A stretch of DNA of 64,000 bases, taken from the NCBI GenBank assembly GCA_000996245.1, contig LBYP01000004.1, positions 10,860 through 74,859 of the forward strand. The letters are read 5' to 3'. Of the stretch, positions 18,861 to 26,999 are shown piece after piece. The stretch is from Parcubacteria group bacterium GW2011_GWA2_40_23. Lineage in GTDB: Bacteria; Patescibacteriota; Patescibacteriia; UBA11705; JABHMO01. Position 1 is the stretch's first letter; each line of letters starts with the position of its first letter. Below the pieces are notes generated by a model. That model was not told the origin of the DNA. It saw nothing but the letters and a program-made list of their open reading frames with translations, and searched no databases. The position numbers were made by a program, and so were the translations under genes.

Positions 18861-18866
18861 TATCAT
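18838..18866 (+). promoter_or_regulatory. Putative rpsB promoter overlapping the RT stop codon
   Basis: TTGCTG-N17-TATCAT with TG extension provided by the RT TGA. Confidence 0.5.
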
Positions 18867-19010
18867 AGCACTTGTAACAATTATTTAACAAAACACATAC
18901 TTTTCTTAGCTTATTTTAGCTAAAAGCATTAGACCTGCTGATAAACTCAGCCCTGATGTCTTGAAAAGTAGAGGATCCTGCCTCGGCGGGATAAAGAAAG
19001 GAAATTTACT

Positions 19011-19700
19011 ATGGCAAACGTACCAAGTTTACAAGACTTGATGAAGGCTGGCGTGCATTTTGGTCATCAAAAATCAAAATGGTACCCAAAAATGAAACCT
19101 TATATCTTCATCGAGAAGAACGGGATCCACATTATTAATTTAGAAGAAACTCAAAAGGCTTTAGAAAAAGCTTTGAATTTCATTACTGAGACTGTTGCCG
19201 GTGGCGGAACAGTTCTTTTTGTCGGCACTAAAAAGCAAGCACGTGACATTGTTAAAGACGCTGCACTTTCTTGCAACATGCCGTATGTGACTAATCGTTG
19301 GCTCGGTGGTACTTTAACTAATGCTCCAACCGTTTTAGGCTTAGTTAAAAAGTTCCGAAAATTAAAGGAAGAAAAAGCTTCTGGTAAATTAGAAAAATAT
19401 ACTAAGAAAGAACAATTAGAAATAGCTCGTGAAATTGAACGCTTAGAAACCATTGTTGGTGGTATTGAAAAATTAGAACGCATTCCAGATATACTTTTCA
19501 TGGTTGATATTAAAACCGACAAAACAGCTGTGAAAGAAGCAACACGTCGTCATGTGCCAGTTGTGGCTTTGTGCGATACAAACTCAAATCCAGAATTGGT
19601 TAAATATCCAATTCCATCTAATGACGATGCTGTTAAAGCATTGCAATTAATGGCTACTTTAGTTGCAGAAACAATTAAAGAAGTTAAGGAGAAGGTTTAA
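19011..19700 (+). CDS. rpsB: 30S ribosomal protein S2
   Basis: AGVHFGH, FVGTKKQA, RWLGGTLTN, PSNDDA. Confidence 0.97.
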   Translation: MANVPSLQDLMKAGVHFGHQKSKWYPKMKPYIFIEKNGIHIINLEETQKALEKALNFITETVAGGGTVLFVGTKKQARDIVKDAALSCNMPYVTNRWLGGTLTNAPTVLGLVKKFRKLKEEKASGKLEKYTKKEQLEIAREIERLETIVGGIEKLERIPDILFMVDIKTDKTAVKEATRRHVPVVALCDTNSNPELVKYPIPSNDDAVKALQLMATLVAETIKEVKEKV

Positions 19701-19750
19701 AGATCTAAATAATTACTCGTTATTCGTTTCGCGTCATTAAAAATTAAGAA

Positions 19751-19785
19751 TTACTGGTTACTGGTCACTGGTGACTGGTTACTAA
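19751..19785. repeat. Heptamer tandem array
   Basis: TTACTGG TTACTGG TCACTGG TGACTGG TTACTAA. Confidence 0.7.
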
Positions 19786-19803
19786 TTATAAAGAAACAAA
19801 AAT

Positions 19804-20391
19804 ATGGCAGACACACAAGCTGTTGTTAAATTACGCAATCAAACTGGTGCTGGTATGCAGGATTGCAAAAAGGCTTTAGATGAAGCCAACGGTGATTATG
19901 AAAAAGCGATTGATGTTTTACGCCAAAAGGGTGAACTCAAAGCGGCTAAGAAAATCGAAGAACGTGTAGCCAAAGAAGGCATTGTTTATTCTTATATCCA
20001 TTCCAATAATAAAACTGGAGCCATGATTGCTTTGGCATGTGAAACAGATTTTGTGGCGCGCACGGAAGATTTCAAAAATTTAGCGCACGAAATTTCTTTG
20101 CAAGTAGTGGCTATGATGCCAGATTATTTGAATCCAGAAGATGTTCCAGCTGATATCATTGAAAGAGAAAAGAATGTTTACATGGAGCAATTGAAGGGTG
20201 AGGGGAAGCCGGCCAATATTATTGAAAAAATAATGACTGGTAAATTAGAGAAATTTTACGCGGATGTTTGCTTGGTTAAGCAACAATATATCAAAGACGA
20301 CTCAATCACCATCGAAGGATTGATCAATCAATTTATTGCCAAAACTGGTGAAAAAGTCCAAATTACTCGTTTCGTTCGTTTCCAAATTTAA
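19804..20391 (+). CDS. tsf: Elongation factor Ts (short form)
   Basis: LRNQTGAGMQDCKKAL, CETDFVAR. Confidence 0.96.
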   Translation: MADTQAVVKLRNQTGAGMQDCKKALDEANGDYEKAIDVLRQKGELKAAKKIEERVAKEGIVYSYIHSNNKTGAMIALACETDFVARTEDFKNLAHEISLQVVAMMPDYLNPEDVPADIIEREKNVYMEQLKGEGKPANIIEKIMTGKLEKFYADVCLVKQQYIKDDSITIEGLINQFIAKTGEKVQITRFVRFQI

Positions 20392-20401
20392 TTTAACATC
20401 A

Positions 20402-21193
20402 ATGAAAATTGTTAAAGTACAATTTGCGCCTTGGGACAAGTCTTATAACTTTAGCTATGAGAATGAAGATATTAAAGTTGGAGATTATGTTGTGGTAGAA
20501 ACAAAGTTGGGCATCGAATTGGCTAAGGTGATTGCCTTTGATGAAATGAATGATACCTTGGCACCCGGAGCTGACCCTATTAAACCGATTTCACATAAAG
20601 CGAGTAAAGAAGATTTAGATTGCGTTTTAGAACAAAACCGTCAAAAGGATCGTGTTTTTAAAAAATGCGTGGGTTTAATCAAAAAGAATGAATTGCCGAT
20701 TAAACTAGTTGATGTTCATTGTTCTCTTGATGATACTCGTTTGACCTTTGCTTTCATTGCTGATGGTCGTGTCGACTTCCGCGAATTATTGAAAGATTTG
20801 AATAAAGAATTTAAAAAGAGTATTCGTTTACAACAAATTGGTATTCGTGATGAAATAAAAATCAATGGTGATATTGGTTGTTGCGGCATGAATTTATGTT
20901 GCCAGGGATTTTATAAAGAATTGGGCAATGTAACTTCTGAACTTGCTGCATTGCAACAAGTGGCTCATCGTGGTTCAGAACGTCTCTCAGGTGTCTGCGG
21001 ACGCTTGAAGTGCTGTTTAACCTTCGAAGAAAAACTTTACAATGAATTGGCAGATAATTTACCGATGATTGGAGAAAAAGTAAAGACTGCACATGGGGCT
21101 GGTGAAGTTATCGGTTGGCATGTTTTGAAACAGACAGTTGATGTACTTCTTGAGGATAATACCACGATCGTAGAAATGCCTATAGTTAAATAG
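20402..21193 (+). CDS. PSP1/RicT (YaaT-like) protein
   Basis: DGRVDFRELLK, RLQQIGIRDE, GCCGMNLCC, SGVCGRLKCCL; start placed at ATG 20402. Confidence 0.9.
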   Translation: MKIVKVQFAPWDKSYNFSYENEDIKVGDYVVVETKLGIELAKVIAFDEMNDTLAPGADPIKPISHKASKEDLDCVLEQNRQKDRVFKKCVGLIKKNELPIKLVDVHCSLDDTRLTFAFIADGRVDFRELLKDLNKEFKKSIRLQQIGIRDEIKINGDIGCCGMNLCCQGFYKELGNVTSELAALQQVAHRGSERLSGVCGRLKCCLTFEEKLYNELADNLPMIGEKVKTAHGAGEVIGWHVLKQTVDVLLEDNTTIVEMPIVK

Positions 21194-21322
21194 GCATTTT
21201 TTTGATATAATTGGGGAAAGGTAAAAGAATAAAGAATAAGGAATAAAGAAGTTGAAAAGACTCATACATTCGACTTTTGATTTATTCGTTATTCGCTATT
21301 CTTTATTCATAATTCTTGCTAT

Positions 21323-22360
21323 ATGAAAAACAATTTGCTTCAACTTCGAGAAACAGCCCGCCAAGAGATTTCAGCGACAAAAAATTTAACTGAATTAGAA
21401 AATATTCAAATCAAATACTTTGGTCGCAAGGATGGCGTGCTAAATGTTTTATTAAAAAGCTTAAAAGATCTTTCTCCTGAAGCCAAAAAAGAGGTTGGAC
21501 AACTCGCTAATCAAGTAAAAGTAGAATTAGAAGAATCTTTGGCAAAACAGAAAACTATTTTAGAGAAAGAAGACATTGCTTCAACCTTGGAACAAGATAG
21601 AATTGATGTTACTTTACCAGCAATTGCTCCTAAGAAGGGAAGTTTAAATCCCACTACACTAGTCCAAAATGAATTAGAAGATATTTTTAAGTCTTTGGGT
21701 TTTATGGTTCTAGATGGCCCTGAATTAGAATCAGATTATTATAATTTTGAAGCTTTAAATATTCCAGAACATCATCCGGCGCGCGACATGCAAGACACTT
21801 TTTATATTAAAGGTTTAGCCAAAAATGAAAAACGTGTTTTGCGCACACACACTTCTCCGGTTCAAGTTCGTGCTATGCAAAAATATGGTGCGCCGCTGCG
21901 AGCCGTGGCTCCAGGGCGTGTTTTTCGTTATGAAGCTTCGGATGTTTCGCATGATCATACTTTTTATCAATTAGAAGGTATTATGATCGATGAAAATATT
22001 TCCATTACCAATCTAATCGCGGTCATGAAAACCTTACTCCGTGGAATTTTAAAACGCGACGTTAAGGTTCGTTTGCGTCCAGGATTTTTTCCATTCGTCG
22101 AACCTGGGTTTGAACTTGATATTAATTGTTTAATTTGCGGCGGAACTGGTTGCTCTGTTTGTAAACAATCTGGTTGGGTAGAGCTTTTACCTTGCGGTAT
22201 GATGCATCCAAGCGTTCTACGTGCTGGCAACATTGATCCAGAAAAATATTCTGGTTTTGCTTTTGGTTTGGGTTTAACTCGATTAGTTATGATGAAATAT
22301 GGTATTGATGATATACGTTTGTTGAATTCCGGTGATTTACGATTCCTGAAGCAGTTTTAA
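21323..22360 (+). CDS. pheS: Phenylalanine-tRNA ligase alpha subunit
   Basis: HPARDMQDTFY, LRTHTSPVQ, FPFVEP, GFAFGLG. Confidence 0.97.
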   Translation: MKNNLLQLRETARQEISATKNLTELENIQIKYFGRKDGVLNVLLKSLKDLSPEAKKEVGQLANQVKVELEESLAKQKTILEKEDIASTLEQDRIDVTLPAIAPKKGSLNPTTLVQNELEDIFKSLGFMVLDGPELESDYYNFEALNIPEHHPARDMQDTFYIKGLAKNEKRVLRTHTSPVQVRAMQKYGAPLRAVAPGRVFRYEASDVSHDHTFYQLEGIMIDENISITNLIAVMKTLLRGILKRDVKVRLRPGFFPFVEPGFELDINCLICGGTGCSVCKQSGWVELLPCGMMHPSVLRAGNIDPEKYSGFAFGLGLTRLVMMKYGIDDIRLLNSGDLRFLKQF

Positions 22361-22378
22361 ATCTTCCAGTGTATCAAG

Positions 22379-22416
22379 TAATTCGTAACATCAATATAAA
22401 TGTATTATTCGTAACT
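22379..22416 (+). repeat. Bipartite ATTCGTAAC motif (copy 2)
   Basis: TAATTCGTAACATC-N13-TATTCGTAACT. Confidence 0.75.
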
Positions 22417-22424
22417 CAAATAGT

Positions 22425-23312
22425 ATGTCTACAAAAACAAAAACTAAAACGTCAAAATCTCCCGTGAAGTCCACTCCATCAAACCCAGTTGGGGAAAAGC
22501 ATAAAACCAAATGGGGTTTTGTCATCTTGTTTGCAGTTTGCTCTGTTTTAGTGCTTATAACCGTTCTCACAATTTTGTGTGATGGTATGATGAATGTTTT
22601 TGTTCGAGTACCGAGTCAGACAAGTAATGTTATCAGGATTTTTGACCCAAAAGCAGTTGAAGCTCAGGCTGTTACTCAATCATTCAGTAGGGATCAGGGT
22701 ATCGATGGCTACACACTTTATGAAGTTAAACATAATAAAATAGTTTTAACAAAAGCAGGGACAAACGAAATTATTTGGGAAAAGAATTGGCCGGGCGGTG
22801 AGCCAGCCTTGGCACTAATTACAGGGGACAGAGTTTATTTGGCTCGTTACGAACAAATGTATTCTGATGCTGATGGTTTGATCGGATCTATTTATAACTT
22901 TGACTTGCAAACAGGTGAACTTATCTGGCCAATTACAAGTATCAATGGTCAATTCGTCAAACTTTTTTTACAAGATAATGTTTTGGTTCTTGCTACTAAA
23001 AGATCAATAGAACCTGGTTGGGGATGTGGAGAAGGTATGAGCGAGGCTGAAGCGGAAGCCGATTGCTCACGTCCACGTCGTACTTATATTACTGGATCAG
23101 ATAAAATTTTTGCATTTGATGCGAAAACTGGCGATCAGCTTTGGGAGAGAGAAATTTTTGGATATCAACAAGTCACTTTGCCAGATAATAGCCAGTTTTT
23201 AGAAGTTACTTATGATCAGAATAAAAAAGAATATTATTTTATTGAAGATGGTACTGTCCCTCCTGAAACAACCATGATCGAAAGCGATAATACTATTAAA
23301 AAAGATGAATAA
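22425..23312 (+). CDS. Membrane-anchored PQQ-like beta-propeller repeat protein
   Basis: TM helix; FDLQTGELIW and FAFDAKTGDQLW repeats. Confidence 0.7.
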   Translation: MSTKTKTKTSKSPVKSTPSNPVGEKHKTKWGFVILFAVCSVLVLITVLTILCDGMMNVFVRVPSQTSNVIRIFDPKAVEAQAVTQSFSRDQGIDGYTLYEVKHNKIVLTKAGTNEIIWEKNWPGGEPALALITGDRVYLARYEQMYSDADGLIGSIYNFDLQTGELIWPITSINGQFVKLFLQDNVLVLATKRSIEPGWGCGEGMSEAEAEADCSRPRRTYITGSDKIFAFDAKTGDQLWEREIFGYQQVTLPDNSQFLEVTYDQNKKEYYFIEDGTVPPETTMIESDNTIKKDE

Positions 23313-23314
23313 AT

Positions 23315-24079
23315 ATGACTGTTTCTCGCGACAAAATAGTTTCATTCTGCTCCGATTACTTGAAAGCTGAGAATTTTCAGGATTATTGTCATAATGGTCT
23401 GCAGATTTGTGGTACTGATAAAGTAGGGAAGATAGTCATAGGCGTTACGCTCTCGAAAAGATTGATCGAATCAGCCATTCAAAAAAAAGCCGATATGATT
23501 ATTGTTCATCATGGACTGTTTATGAAACATTTCGGAGAGTTTCCCGTGATTGAAGGTGTTTGGTGCGAAAGATTGAAGCTTTTATTGAATAATGATATTA
23601 ATCTTTGCGGTTTTCATCTACCTTTAGACGCACATCCTTTAATCGGAAATAATATTAGTATTATAAACGCATTAGGTCTTCAGAAAGTTTGTGGGCTCGT
23701 CGAAGACGGGCAGAGTATCGGTTATGTCGGAGCGTATAAAAAGGCAGTCGATAGAGATAAATTTGTTGAATTAGTGAATAAAAAGCTAGAAACCAAGTCA
23801 GTTGTTCTGTCGTTCGGTGCTAGTCAAGTTAAAAGGGTAGGGATTGTGTCTGGTGGGGCTTCTCCAACCTGGGTTACCGCTCAGAAGTTAGGTTGTGATA
23901 CATTTATTACTGGTGATTTGAGAGAAAGTGTGGTTCGTCCAGCCGAGGAAGCCAAAATGAATGTAATCAATGCCGGTCATTATAATTCAGAACGATTTGG
24001 CATAATGAATCTTGGCAAATTAATTCAGAAAAAGTTTAAAGTTCCAGTTGAATTTGTGGAGATTCCATGTAACATTTAA
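23315..24079 (+). CDS. Nif3-like dinuclear metal protein (YbgI family)
   Basis: DYCHNGLQ, IVHHG, HLPLDAH, GNN, AGHYNSE. Confidence 0.92.
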   Translation: MTVSRDKIVSFCSDYLKAENFQDYCHNGLQICGTDKVGKIVIGVTLSKRLIESAIQKKADMIIVHHGLFMKHFGEFPVIEGVWCERLKLLLNNDINLCGFHLPLDAHPLIGNNISIINALGLQKVCGLVEDGQSIGYVGAYKKAVDRDKFVELVNKKLETKSVVLSFGASQVKRVGIVSGGASPTWVTAQKLGCDTFITGDLRESVVRPAEEAKMNVINAGHYNSERFGIMNLGKLIQKKFKVPVEFVEIPCNI

Positions 24080-24091
24080 AATAATAATAAT

Positions 24092-24172
24092 TGTCATGCT
24101 GAACTTGTTTCAGCATCTGCAAAGATTGTTTGCGATAAATTTTCCGGATCCTGAATCAAGTTCAGGATGACA
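24092..24172. repeat. TGTCA-type palindromic miniature element
   Basis: Ends TGTCATGCTGAACTTG / CAAGTTCAGGATGACA, each arm itself a hairpin; related half copy at 16132-16155. Confidence 0.75.
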
Positions 24173-24189
24173 TAAGGAATCATATAAGT

Positions 24190-26628
24190 ATGAATATTTC
24201 ATTGAATTGGTTAAAACAATACATCGACTTACCAAAAACAGTTAAGCCCGAAGAATTAGGTTTAAAATTAACCATGGCGACAGTGGAAGTGGAAGAGGTA
24301 ACTGATTTAGCGGCCAGTTTGGAAAATGTTGTTGTTGGTAAAATAACGAAAATTTCTACACATCCAAATGCAGATCGTTTGCGTTTAACAGAAGTTGATG
24401 TTGGTTCCAGAAAAGTCAAAGTTGTTTGCGGTGGAATTAATTTAACCGAAGGTATGCTAGTGGCTCAAGCTATGCCTGGCGCTAGGGTTCGTTGGCATGG
24501 AGAAGGGGAGCCAATTGTTCTTGAAATTGCGAAAGTTAGAGGCGAAGAAAGTGAAGGCATGATTTGTACCAGCGCCGAAATTGGTTTGGCTTCTATGTTT
24601 CCAACCAAAGAAGATGCTGAAATAGTTGATTTATCCAACCTTAAATGTAAGGTTGGAACAAATTTAGCTGAAGCGCTTGGACTTGATGATGTAATTTACG
24701 AAATTGATAATAAATCTGTCACTAACCGTCCAGATCTTTGGGGGCAATATGGCATGGCTAGGGAAGTAGCAGCAATTTATGATTTGAAATTAAAAAAGTA
24801 CCCAGTTGAAAAAATAGAAGAAGGCAAAGGCATAGAATTAAGAATTAAGGTGGAGAATAAATCGGCTTGCCCACGATACATGGCCGTCGCACTAAGTGGA
24901 ATTAAGATTGGTCCGTCCCCTGAATGGTTGCAACAAAGATTGTTAGCCATTGGCCAAAAGCCAATCAATAATGTTGTCGACGTTACTAACTATGTTATGT
25001 ACGATTTAGGACAACCCATGCACGCTTTTTCGGCTGATAAAATTGTAAATCACGAAATTATAGTTCGTTCGGCGCATGATGGTGAGAAAATAACCACACT
25101 GGATGGAATCGAAAGGGAATTACGTTCAGAAGATCTAGTTATTGCCACTAAAGATAAAGCAGTGGCCTTGGCAGGTATTATGGGGAATGAAAATTCTCAA
25201 ATTAATGATAATTCGGAGACGATCATTTTAGAATCAGCGACATTTGATCCTGTGACAATCCGTCGGACTTCAAGTCGACTTGGTTTACGTACAGAAGCAT
25301 CAATCCGTTTTGAAAAAAGTTTAGATCCTAATATCGCTGAGTTGGCTATTTTAAAGGCAGTCAATTTAATTCAAGACATGATGCCTGAGGTTAAAGTTGT
25401 CAGTTCGTTGATTGACATAAACAACTATAAAAATGAATTAAAACCGATTGAAATTGACTTTGATTTTATCAATCGTCGTATTGGTGCTGATTTGGGACAA
25501 GAAAAAATAATTAAAATTTTAACTAATTTGGGTTTTGGCGTCAAAGTAACTAAGAAAAGTTTAAAAGTTGTTATACCATCTTGGCGCGCCACGAAAGATG
25601 TTAATATTAAAGAAGATCTAATTGAAGAAATTACCCGCATTTATGGTTATGACAATTTAACACCAGAAATGCCTCCAGTAAAAATTGAATATAAAGAGCC
25701 AAACGAATTACGTAACCTAGAACGTCAAATTAAAAATATTTTAGCTTTGCAGTTTGGCGCGAATGAGGTTTATAATTATTCTTTTGTAGATCGTACCTGG
25801 CTAGCTAAAATTGGTTTTACCTCTGAACACATAGAATTGCAAAATCCTTGGTCCGAAAATGTAAATTTGATGCGTCGCAGTTTAGTTCCAAATTTATTAG
25901 AAAATGCCATCAACAATTTTCGTTTCTTTGATGAAATAAATATTTTTGAAATCGGCAAGACTTTTATAGAAAATCAGAAGGGGCCAATTGCTCGACCAGG
26001 AGTAGAAGCTAGTTTGCCAACTCAAGATTTGTTTGCTGGTGGTCTTGTTTCTGGGGCTACCCCAGAAGAAGCTTTTTTGAAGGCGAAGGGGATGGTGGAG
26101 GCATTGTTAAATAAAGCACAAATTAAAGCTTCATATAATACTCAGAATGCCGTGAACCCATGGTGTCATCCAAATCAATTTATGGAAGTATTGGTTGGTA
26201 AGGATAGCCTTGGTTATTTTTCTGTAGTACATCCAGAGGTCGCTCAAAACATAGAATTGAATAAGCCCGTGGCTGTTTGGGAAATTAATTTAAATTTAGT
26301 TCTTAAATACTTTGAAGATAAACTCAAGTATAAAACCTTGGCTAAATATCCGGGCATCGAATTGGATCTTTCAATTCTTGTGGCTGAAAAAACAGCTTGG
26401 CAAGACATCCAAAAGTTGGTTTTGGCTGTTGAACCAAAAATTATTAAGGAGGTACATTTGTTAGATGTCTTTAAAAATGATAAAATTGAAACAGGGAAGA
26501 AGAGTGTAACCTTCCGTATTGTTTATCAATCAGAAGAAAGAACGCTTGAAATGGAAACAGTTTTAATATTACAGAAAAAAATAGTAGAGCAGTTGAGTAA
26601 GGCGGTCGGTGCAGAGGTACGTCAATAA
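24190..26628 (+). CDS. pheT: Phenylalanine-tRNA ligase beta subunit
   Basis: HPNADRL, NRPDL, INNVVDVTNYV, RFEK, EDLIEEI, FDX-ACB C-terminus. Confidence 0.97.
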   Translation: MNISLNWLKQYIDLPKTVKPEELGLKLTMATVEVEEVTDLAASLENVVVGKITKISTHPNADRLRLTEVDVGSRKVKVVCGGINLTEGMLVAQAMPGARVRWHGEGEPIVLEIAKVRGEESEGMICTSAEIGLASMFPTKEDAEIVDLSNLKCKVGTNLAEALGLDDVIYEIDNKSVTNRPDLWGQYGMAREVAAIYDLKLKKYPVEKIEEGKGIELRIKVENKSACPRYMAVALSGIKIGPSPEWLQQRLLAIGQKPINNVVDVTNYVMYDLGQPMHAFSADKIVNHEIIVRSAHDGEKITTLDGIERELRSEDLVIATKDKAVALAGIMGNENSQINDNSETIILESATFDPVTIRRTSSRLGLRTEASIRFEKSLDPNIAELAILKAVNLIQDMMPEVKVVSSLIDINNYKNELKPIEIDFDFINRRIGADLGQEKIIKILTNLGFGVKVTKKSLKVVIPSWRATKDVNIKEDLIEEITRIYGYDNLTPEMPPVKIEYKEPNELRNLERQIKNILALQFGANEVYNYSFVDRTWLAKIGFTSEHIELQNPWSENVNLMRRSLVPNLLENAINNFRFFDEINIFEIGKTFIENQKGPIARPGVEASLPTQDLFAGGLVSGATPEEAFLKAKGMVEALLNKAQIKASYNTQNAVNPWCHPNQFMEVLVGKDSLGYFSVVHPEVAQNIELNKPVAVWEINLNLVLKYFEDKLKYKTLAKYPGIELDLSILVAEKTAWQDIQKLVLAVEPKIIKEVHLLDVFKNDKIETGKKSVTFRIVYQSEERTLEMETVLILQKKIVEQLSKAVGAEVRQ

Positions 26629-26634
26629 AATAAA

Positions 26635-26723
26635 AAGCTTATAGCTTATAGGAATTAGCTTCTAGGTGCTGTGATTTTAAGTCATAAGCGCCTAAAAGCT
26701 AGAAGCTAAATTGCTAGAAGCTA
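26635..26723. repeat. ~90-bp AGCT-periodic palindromic element (copy 2)
   Basis: Homologous to the reverse complement of 13873-13961. Confidence 0.75.
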
Positions 26724-26730
26724 AATATGT

Positions 26731-26997
26731 ATGATCGAAAACTCAAAAGACATCTTTTACATTGTTTTGTCGTTTTGTATCTTTTGGTTAACAGTTTTTT
26801 TGTGCTGGGGTTTGTATTATTTAGCTCAAACCCTTAGACAAACGAATGAAGTAATTTCATCCATGCGGGAGCGTGTCGCGCATTTAACTGATATTGTTGA
26901 TTTAATAAAAAGTAAAGCGCTTGGTTTTGTAACAAAAAAAGCTTTCGGTTTTATGACTGGGGCGGGCAAAGACGCTAAAAACAAAAAGAAAAAATAA
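26731..26997 (+). CDS. Small hypothetical membrane protein
   Basis: 88 aa, N-terminal TM helix then coiled coil. Confidence 0.75.
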   Translation: MIENSKDIFYIVLSFCIFWLTVFLCWGLYYLAQTLRQTNEVISSMRERVAHLTDIVDLIKSKALGFVTKKAFGFMTGAGKDAKNKKKK

Positions 26998-26999
26998 GT

